From a virus, in IMG/VR virus record IMGVR_UViG_3300025438_000009, positions 23,167 to 87,166 of that record: 64,000 nucleotides of DNA; one strand, given 5' to 3'. A model generated the notes under the pieces. That model made no database searches, was not told where the DNA came from, and saw only the letters and a program-made list of their open reading frames with translations. Position numbers and translations under genes: made by a program. Positions 27,101 to 34,000 of this stretch are shown here, piece after piece (position 1 is the first letter of the stretch; each line of letters begins with the position of its first letter).

Positions 27101-29699
27101 TATTCGTGCTTCTGTGGGAGATAAGGTCTTTGGCAAACGATTCACTTTGAGGTTCTTGAGCTCTGACATCACTGCTAGTAGCATTAAGTGGAACTCTAGA
27201 ATAGTTGACCCCGTAACGGGCTCAGATGTCGGTAGAGTTGAGAGAACTTACAGACTTCTGGCTGATGGAACTATCGATGTTCATCACGACTATGTTTGGC
27301 TCTCTCGTGATGAAGACACTGGGACTGGATTTGCTTCTGAGTTTTACCAAGTATCAGACAACTTCTACAGGTCAATTGGCGTGGATATCAACACGATGCA
27401 GACTGCCAGAGATGGTTCGTATGCTTGGGCAGCAGCCAACTTTACGTGGGCTAGCATGGCTGGAATCTCAACGATTATTGCCCGGTTGTACACCAAAGCA
27501 AAAGATTACGATTCCACGAGCCCCGAAACCGCACTTCAACTGAGGCAGATGGCCGTTCGTCTTGGTGCCCCTGAGGGGTATGAAAACGTACCTGAGAACG
27601 AGAGAGCGGCCAGGCTTCGGGATGCCCTGAGAACTTTGTCTATGTCTACTATTCAAACCTCAGCAGACTATCCAGACCCCGTAGATATTGCAATGCTTCT
27701 CGACCCCGATGATGAGCAGAAGAGGGCGGAACACGCTCGGGAGCAGGGGCTACTACCGGAAAGAGAGAGAAAAAAGTATAAAACTCTGGGAAGAGAGATT
27801 CTCCAAGAAACTGGCTGGAATGCTATTCGATACCTAAACCCAGAGCTGGACCCCAGACCAGAAAACAGAAAAAACAAGAAGTCCCTCAAGGATATTCGAA
27901 AAGAAGAGGCTGTAGAAAAGGCCAAAAAAGAATTTGAGGAAGCTGAAAAGGCTAAGAAAGATAGAGAGCCCACCCAAGAGCCCCCCCAGGGTAAAAAAAT
28001 TACCAGTCTTAACGACGTAAGTAATGCCCAACCTGGCGATGTTCTTCGGGTTACTGAGTTGGGCTCTGGGGGAATATACATAAAGCAAGAAGACGGCTCG
28101 TGGGATGAAATTTATTTTGGTAGTGCAGCTTCTTCTTTTAGAAGTGGCTACACCGATGAGGATTTGGATATCCGCGACACTTTTACTGATGAAATTAGAG
28201 AAGCACAAATTTTTAGTACTCCTGAAGGTAAAGAGTATTATTCCCGTTATATGGCAGGAACTTTAACACTAGAGAACCCCACGAAAGAAACCTTAGAAAA
28301 AGCTCTAAGAGATGGTGACATTGCCACTCTGGACGGCCTCTACAGAGGAAATCTTTTGGGCAATGGTCAGAGTAAATTCGGAAGAAATAACTTTACGCTC
28401 AAAGTAAATTCTTCTGGATTCGAAAGCAGGGGCATAGATTACGACGTTTACGAGGTCTCGGGGGATATCCTAGATGAGAATGGTCAGAGGGTAGGACCTT
28501 TTAGGCGAGAAATACGAATGATGCCTGACGGCAAACTTGTGGTGTACCACGGCATACTGAAAATTGAGGATGACAGATACAAGAGAACTGGTTTTGGGAA
28601 GGATTTCACAAAACAGAGTGAAGCTTTGTATAGGCAGATGGGTGTCGACACAATTAGACTCCACTCAGCGTGGGATGGGAGCTACTTCTGGGCTATGCAA
28701 GGCTATGAGTGGGACCTTGAACACGCTAACGGAAGTAAGTACGAAATTTTGGGTAGTGTCCCTGGCAACCTTCAGTTAGCTCTAGAACAAGCTAAGGGCG
28801 ATGGTCGCGACGAGGATGTCGCAAAGCTTGAAGATATAATTGATAGACTGGCTGGTTTAGAGATTGACGACCCCAACTTCCCTTCTCCGAGTGAACTTGC
28901 TGTGCTTAAGAGTCAAGACCCTGCGATGAACGATGATGGTAGTGGTGGGAACGGTAAGTGGATGCAAGACATCCTTAAGAACACGGGGTGGCATGGAAAG
29001 AAAGAGTTTGGGGGGGACGAGGACCCTGAGGGGGTGTCGGGAGATGCGGGTCCAGATAGCGACTCAGGTGGTGATGGTGGCTCAGACGGAGGTGGAGGAC
29101 CCAGCGGGGACGAAGACTCTCCAGATGAGGGTAGCTTCGTCTCGTATACGAGAGCAGACCTTGATGCGTTCTATGATGATGTTGACCAGGGAAGTTCTCT
29201 TTCACTTCCCGCACAAAATGCAGTAGAAATGTACCAAGTGGGCGGTGGCGGTGGCGATTCTCGGTATGAAGAAATTAACAGGGGACTGCGCAATGGTGAT
29301 GAGGACGTTGTTAACTCTTCTATAGTGGGGGAGTTAGATGAAGCCACATCGGGCGGTGCTGAACTGACAAGAGATGTTTTTTTATGGCGAACCATTAGGT
29401 TGACCATAGATGACCCGAGGGCTGCCGAGTTGAGTAGTCTGAGCCCAGGTGATATCATTGAGGATGGTGGCTTTGTCTCAACCACAGCAGACCTGGATTG
29501 GGCTGTAGATTTTTCAAGAAGGTACAACTCTTCGGTGCTTCTACAAATCGAAGCACCTGCTGGGACAACAGGAGTAGTACCTTATCAGTACACGAATCAA
29601 CTTAGAGATGAATATGAATTTATTCTTCCTAGGACTACTAGGTTTGAAGTAATATCGGGTAATCCCAACACGGGAGCTATAAGAGTGAGGATTGTATAA
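21141..29699 (+). CDS. Giant multi-effector head-associated protein: zeta-toxin-like P-loop kinase, three GNAT-like domains, C-terminal VIP2-like ADP-ribosyltransferase
   Basis: QPRDRKGRF; GGGPGSGKS..DPDEVK..FDGT (~22.0-22.7 kb); GGRRLDAYDTVLPDFYAEAGF (~23.7 kb); GTGFASEFY..DGSYAWA and RTGFGKDF..DGSYFWA; INRGLR..LWR..GFVSTT..EYEFILPR. Confidence 0.85.
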   Translation: MSQGRDVLKALIAAINPFAGGNSRLARSLRARKQPRDRKGRFIRTGSGVKFDIRIGGKVVPLTARSVGSASREGYIQMYVPAGDPNLPAGFYEVESGKGMLVQAVIDAPEVGDSSVSVTDKNIIDLESIRTSDSPEGWDFEPGENGEDRWVSQDGKLEILDNSETGKIELSENGKKISEHAEVPDAFVASDKRDIEQSLTKNSKTVVARLRANLDDAETAKDAGPTDAKNAREALDNALFDDPDSEEKLALVDSEAPDPESMGESVQLSPKDLADMRRSPLTSQHLNEDGTFTEERQALHDEIIRRALEGSTPVENPTQWMNGGGPGSGKSSLTEGVNKELTGYDENSVLLDPDEVKRELPEVQEALARIEAGEATEDDIEWAGLSHEESSYIAKRIHLAALERHHNVIFDGTGDGSVDSVRKKVELARKNGYKRIEANYLYLEPDEGIKRAKERQAKSHRKVPTKVIEETYQTVSSIFPELAESGIFDTLRLFDNNQERGVTAKLIFEQVDGDTQVLDDDAYDRFQKARPTGGAPPPPVEEVVEISAPEAPTTPEATLPDGEDSPQLPRIERTLDEVNAELAELNERMRELEASGADVTTPEEFDAHVQETIDLLAEIDEVQNERVPLVVREAMRQAVDNRDRDTLESLNTSIDSAEAESIRLKSRGQDASESEERYQNLIAQRDALLERRENNVGEIGPTTDRRPAGTVPSGVEGAPSRSARVERQGDTLRDVSGNVVATRIDGPSNANEIDADGSRLVELFEVNSDQAELFRGALQSSVDASEHGSSVTVHDLEYYQQDGVRMFLTQDGLGGVVLNGDEIVSGFMHPGASDRGQGAIISMVSSMVDRGGRRLDAYDTVLPDFYAEAGFKPVGRIKWDDAEAPEGWNYELYSRWNNGRPDIVFMAYDPERVGSDYNNTEGELLSDYGRGEVLQREVLATLDDSTVSEILEERNSLFAERRRLALEVNEELKSPDGLLLGAVPIGDRGAPDNLSLIYAPVGQTVEVTNDDGTKRRYKKVFTGLWKRVDDPTDLKRYRSHQIRTGFMEYVRPRDDDSVSPSIAPSPTTSAPVAVPYFFPPNTSKEELESLRESYQRQVGSSDNAVDSERSAATVRLIDRLLASRGGEILDNTPETPDNTPSRRMGAPLLPDNLPTLGKSTEPYTPGQVDVPGASDDPAVIANTFREVDLKNSYEMALITNSDMVRTNFPPAEDEIFGAEVNLPIDAVRDALQLMGIDTNQTVETIETIEQNRGEESTDPVTTADIEEYNFNQKELENLYGSYEQLRSARAYAVSSGQPDSSIANVDERMRALRERIRRLESQGLRITERPETVDVGQFRWDSSDPDIYRPGLVMEALRKKYPNATENSDGELVIGEAEYTVANGKRFKYEAVITKTDDELFYVYIRETNLGEEDPAKRFRSIRYGEMRHSARAVNIQAMKALKKIDNSAGGSNIHSWFNDRRRAREGRAAKFDVADAQGMPHHIRDMVLTRESIRKIQEAVDEDGITEEMVTTLYNYINNFGNNANVMLALYDTFGLDTPTLNRFVDATNQHIHERDGLNTFSLWESDNGTPLAEGDIVTYTGDPSQTGFDNNAGRRAIVKIRSLEHRSGGYTYTDYVQIKFIDDDDVPIPGIDYLVVSSHNLRLDRTFGNTDGSERRGPNAISTPLPVLTTRAGNRYAGQGRLGSISPYVTEYDRDTMASPTVEIDGVKYPVQASRQSLVGPDLTNIVARPGDMQTGDFIMQFDPTFSSRRLVEVVNVETLESGNVRLTLVEPINISSARVSQTEFDANSTLAIDAYRKDPNYAPESGLTMSHVGRLAETVRTTNIDALTPRSREVIRGILGSADARGIESGEFTLEDYNDAFLDMLDNQNNEPRGPVSLAEARRAVENASNRGLPDGDAFSSINSVRDASVSRGAELGVDTGVETLPSQIIPEGPPVLETLIPANLQQGPYGPNAGVVEGVDRARMVEILSMPKSVARTRAFNTIIRASVGDKVFGKRFTLRFLSSDITASSIKWNSRIVDPVTGSDVGRVERTYRLLADGTIDVHHDYVWLSRDEDTGTGFASEFYQVSDNFYRSIGVDINTMQTARDGSYAWAAANFTWASMAGISTIIARLYTKAKDYDSTSPETALQLRQMAVRLGAPEGYENVPENERAARLRDALRTLSMSTIQTSADYPDPVDIAMLLDPDDEQKRAEHAREQGLLPERERKKYKTLGREILQETGWNAIRYLNPELDPRPENRKNKKSLKDIRKEEAVEKAKKEFEEAEKAKKDREPTQEPPQGKKITSLNDVSNAQPGDVLRVTELGSGGIYIKQEDGSWDEIYFGSAASSFRSGYTDEDLDIRDTFTDEIREAQIFSTPEGKEYYSRYMAGTLTLENPTKETLEKALRDGDIATLDGLYRGNLLGNGQSKFGRNNFTLKVNSSGFESRGIDYDVYEVSGDILDENGQRVGPFRREIRMMPDGKLVVYHGILKIEDDRYKRTGFGKDFTKQSEALYRQMGVDTIRLHSAWDGSYFWAMQGYEWDLEHANGSKYEILGSVPGNLQLALEQAKGDGRDEDVAKLEDIIDRLAGLEIDDPNFPSPSELAVLKSQDPAMNDDGSGGNGKWMQDILKNTGWHGKKEFGGDEDPEGVSGDAGPDSDSGGDGGSDGGGGPSGDEDSPDEGSFVSYTRADLDAFYDDVDQGSSLSLPAQNAVEMYQVGGGGGDSRYEEINRGLRNGDEDVVNSSIVGELDEATSGGAELTRDVFLWRTIRLTIDDPRAAELSSLSPGDIIEDGGFVSTTADLDWAVDFSRRYNSSVLLQIEAPAGTTGVVPYQYTNQLRDEYEFILPRTTRFEVISGNPNTGAIRVRIV
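23224..23358 (+). CDS. Nested +1-frame 44-aa ORF inside the giant gene (candidate antitoxin)
   Basis: MSEKLDQQLTEDQREQFLAVWKERRPEVLEWSDKEILYAMFLGM; purine-rich RBS; TTGACA-N18-TAGAGT at 23056-23085. Confidence 0.5.
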   Translation: MSEKLDQQLTEDQREQFLAVWKERRPEVLEWSDKEILYAMFLGM

Positions 29700-29821
29700 T
29701 GAGTGAACAAGAAGAGCGTATGGACAAAAAGTTTGCAGTTGACTCTGAAAGTATAAAGATTACACCTGCTCAGGGGGAGCAAGAAAGCTCAGCACCGGAT
29801 GATACGGAAGGAGATAAGTAA
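29699..29821 (+). CDS. 40-aa acidic peptide coupled to the giant gene
   Basis: TAATG overlap; fills the gap exactly to the next ATG at 29822. Confidence 0.55.
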   Translation: MSEQEERMDKKFAVDSESIKITPAQGEQESSAPDDTEGDK

Positions 29822-30430
29822 ATGAAGAAAACAATAATGCAGTCGACAATTAAAGTCGAGGGAGAGTACGCCGTTGAGATTGGTGACTACGCTGTCATAA
29901 TTGGTGAGACGGATGGCTATGTATATAGGAAACCCTTCCCGGAGGGCTGGACTGTAGAGGAAAATCAGACTGACGGGAAGATTGAAGTTGACGAAGACCT
30001 CTTAGACCAAGCCGAGATGACGGGCACTTCTGCAGCCACTAACGCCGAAGATTTAAGAGCAATTACTGAAGGGGGAGGCGACCCCACCCAAGCAGTCAAT
30101 GAGGACGGCGACGGACTTTGGATTGTTGAGCAAGAGGCAGAGGAGTACGACAGACAGAATCCTGTGGCCCCCCAAAAAATTGTGGTCAACGCTAGTGTAA
30201 GCTTAGATGGAAAACTTGGTTGGGAATATTTCCCCGGCTACTACCTGTTTGAGGACGATAAATTCTACTCCCCCTATTCTAGGCCACCAATTTCAAAAGA
30301 TGAAATTGAGCCTGCAGAAGGGGAATTCACTGTAGATTCTTACAGTTACATTGATGCCACTTCAAGCGCTGAAAAGCTTGGATTTGTAGCTGAGGCAGAG
30401 AAACTTGGGGTTGAGGGCTACATTGATTAA
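29822..30430 (+). CDS. Acidic hypothetical protein
   Basis: AAGGAG RBS; 202 aa. Confidence 0.75.
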   Translation: MKKTIMQSTIKVEGEYAVEIGDYAVIIGETDGYVYRKPFPEGWTVEENQTDGKIEVDEDLLDQAEMTGTSAATNAEDLRAITEGGGDPTQAVNEDGDGLWIVEQEAEEYDRQNPVAPQKIVVNASVSLDGKLGWEYFPGYYLFEDDKFYSPYSRPPISKDEIEPAEGEFTVDSYSYIDATSSAEKLGFVAEAEKLGVEGYID

Positions 30431-31031
30431 GAACGCCAAAAAAATATTTTATGCGGGCCTCGGAGTTCTTGAAAGAGTGGACGAGCCCACGGCGCCTCTT
30501 GCTATTAAATATGCTGTAGAAACACAAGACGGCAACATTGAGGTGGAGTATGTCGATGAAACTCAGGAGTCATTTCCTCCAAAACAGGGTAGTATAGAAC
30601 AGTATACTTACGGAGTTGTGCTGTTCTCCACAGAAGCAGGTGAAGAGTACGTAATCCGTCAGGTTACAGACTTAGACGGTGAGTGGATTTCACAGTTAAA
30701 AATTCCACTCCCTGTAGTGGCTTTGCAATATTTACTCATACAACCAGAGGAGACTCTCAAGATGGCCTATCTTGAAGATGAGCTTGAGAAGCTCATTGCA
30801 CTAAAGTCCCCCGAGAGCGATGACATTATCTCCATTATGTACCTGAACAGGTACGGAGCTTTTGTTCGCATCAACGAAAGCTGGATTTCTATAGCTCCAA
30901 TAGATACTAGCCTTGATGGGACTGTCCCCTTTAATGTAAAAGCGGACACCGCCGAAGAGTTTATTACTATGTACGACAGTGACGCGCTCAGCTATGAGCA
31001 AGCACAAGAGTACCTCTCCCCCGTTAGGTAG
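30405..31031 (+). CDS. Hypothetical protein
   Basis: 208-aa ORF in the head operon; start uncertain. Confidence 0.7.
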   Translation: MGLRATLIKNAKKIFYAGLGVLERVDEPTAPLAIKYAVETQDGNIEVEYVDETQESFPPKQGSIEQYTYGVVLFSTEAGEEYVIRQVTDLDGEWISQLKIPLPVVALQYLLIQPEETLKMAYLEDELEKLIALKSPESDDIISIMYLNRYGAFVRINESWISIAPIDTSLDGTVPFNVKADTAEEFITMYDSDALSYEQAQEYLSPVR

Positions 31032-31039
31032 TAGGGTCG

Positions 31040-34000
31040 ATGACAAAATTTCTTGGTGCCTCTGGCGCTCTTATGCTTTATACAAGTGGCGCTTGGGGTG
31101 TTGTTGTTGACTCTGAGGTCGGTCTTGTTGTTGCCTCTGGTGCATCAGGAATCCTTACTACATCTCGCAAGTGGTCTTCTAATGAGTTACAACCCACGGA
31201 GGAAACTAACGAACTAGCAGAAGCAAGTTTGGGTGGTCTTGTTGCTTCGGGTAAGGGCTCGAGTAGCAAGTACACCGTCCCTAAGTCTGTCAGAGCCGAA
31301 GCTAAAAAAGCTTTAGAGTGGCGTAAAGAAGAAGACAGGGGCGGTACTAAGGTTGGACTAAACACCGCCAGAACTCTTGCTAGTGGAGACCAAGTCGGAG
31401 TCGAAAAGATTCGCCACATTGCCAAGTATTTTCCCCGCCACGAGGTGGACAAAAGAGGCAAGGGCTACAAGCCCAAAGAAGACGGGTTCCCCAGCAACGG
31501 GCGAATTGCGTGGGCTTTGTGGGGTGGTGACGCTGGGTGGCGTTGGGCTAAAGCTGTCGTTGAGCGCGAGGAGAAAAAAGCTCTTACCGCTACGGGTTAT
31601 GATTTGGGAGAAGAGCCTCGAAAAGGCATAGAGGTTGAAGAATTTACGTATGACGACGCCCCAGACTATATGTCTGAGTTTGTTGCTCGGGTTAAGCTTG
31701 ATGGTTCTGGGATGGACCGACTGTATAAAATAGATTCTGACAACAAATGCCTGGTGTGGGATGACGGACGCTGGGACGATTTGGGAATTGTTGAGCCTAC
31801 GATTTGGGACTATGACAAGGCTCTTGATGAAGAAGAAGTTGCATCAACCCACCTCACTATTGACCCCGAATCCGCGATTATTATTGCAGCTCGTCTTTTT
31901 GTTGCGCCCTATGGGACTGTTACTGTTGAGGATATTGATGAGTACGAGGCTGGGCTTGCTGTAGCTGCGATTGAGGATGAGGACTGGGAGTTTATTGACA
32001 GGACTCTGATGGCTTCTGGAACGGCAACATTCCAGGGAGAAGAGCCCGCTGAGGGTGATGCGGAGTATACACCTGAGGAGCGCTCAGAGAACGCTTCTAA
32101 GCAGGTACGCAACAAGCAGGGTAGGTTTGCAACAGCAGGCTCTCGGGTTGTGGTAGGTAATGACCCCACCCGTGGTTCTGGAATTATTACTTCCGTTGAC
32201 CCCAGCACGAAGAGTGTAAATGTTAAACTAGATAACGGTAACGAAGTTACTGTTCCTGGCAACACTGTTGAAAATGAGTCTAACTACGACAATCAAATCA
32301 ACAAAGACATCAAGCAGATTGATACTTCTGGAATCCTTGGTGAGCCAAGAACTCCTATCAACCGTTCTGTTGCTCAGTTGCCTGGGACTCTTCCCGCTAT
32401 GGGCGTTAAAGACATACAGGGTATGCTGTCTAACTGGCCAGCATGGGTTAAGTCTCAGAGAGACTCTTTCACTCCACAAGCAACTCCGAGCCCCACCAAA
32501 GTTCAGAAAAAGGGTAGTGGACCCAACCTTGATGTTGGGGACTACGGTCGCAAACTACAGCAGGAGACAGGTAAGTCTCTCACTACAGACGCTTATGACC
32601 ACCCACTCCTGAAGGACTGGCTCAATAAAAAAGATGGTGCCGGATTCTCTCCCAACCGTCTTTGGTATAACCCCATCACTGCCAGTGCCGATGAAAAGCT
32701 TGTTAGCCCCGACACGACAGATGTACAACCCGTGTACATGGCTGTTGTTGATGCGGATGACCCTCGCGCTGTTTTGAATTTAATTAGTCTTGTTCCTGCA
32801 AGCACAGTTTCTACCTCTCCTATGGTGTACACCAGGGACCAGGGCAAGTGGGCTCGTGACCCGAAGATGCTTGCTGACTTGAACTCGCCTACACCTCCCC
32901 CTGTTGTGCCTCTTGACTCTGAGACATTGAATGATGTCATCACTCAGGTTGATGCTTCTCAGGGAGTTACAGCTTCTATTGCGCTAACAGTTCTGTTTGG
33001 TAACGACCCCATCACCGCAGGAATTTATGGTACTGAAGAAGAGAATATCGCTCAGAAGCTCCGTCAGTACTGGATTGCTGGTCCAGGTGCGAAGGAAATT
33101 CAGTGGGGTGTTGGTGGAGATTGGTATCGCTGTGTTCGTCAGCTGGCTCCCTACCTGGGCGTTCGGGCTAAGGGCTATTGCCAGATGCTTCATAAGAATG
33201 CACTCGGCTATTACACTTCTACGCACGCTCGAATGGAGAGGGCTAAGCTCGGGGACTTTGATGCTGGGGTGGAGACCTTAGAGTTTACTAAGGTCACTGC
33301 AGAAGACATGCAGACCCCTCTCAAAGATATTATTGCTCGAGAAGACACTGTCTCTGGTGACTTTGAGATTGACGCAGACATTGCTGTGCTTCTGTCTGAC
33401 ATCGAGGCTTTGGACTACTCAGAATATTCTCTTGTAGCTGCTGGTGGGGCTGACCGCAATCGTGGTGGCGCAGAGAATCTTCGTAAGTATTGGACTGTGG
33501 GCAAGGGTGGTGCAAAGATTCGCTGGGGAACTGGCGGAGACTGGACGCGCTGTGTCCGTAATCTTCGCAAGTATCTGGGTCCCCGCGCCAAGGGTTACTG
33601 TGCACTTCGCCACAAAGAAATGAATGGCGTGTGGCCTGGAGACCGACGCAACACAGAAACATCAGTTCTTGAGTCGTCAGAACTTCTCAACTATTCTGTT
33701 CCAGTTTTTTCTGTGGAGGAGATTCTCCGTGAGTCTGCGGAGAGGGCGCTTCTTGCCTCCGCGGGGGTTAGTGTCCGGAACTTCTTTATCCCTGAGCCGA
33801 TTTACCGCACTCCAGAAATGGAGAAAGCTGTTGAGGAACAGAAGCCTGTTGATGTTCAAAAAATTAATATTGATGACTTGATTCCTACGCAAGACTCTGT
33901 TGAGGTGGAAAACATTGCTGAGGTTCTTGAGTCTTTGAAGCCTATTTCTGTGCTTATTACAGAGGATGGTCCTCTCTTGGTTGATGGACACCACAGGACA

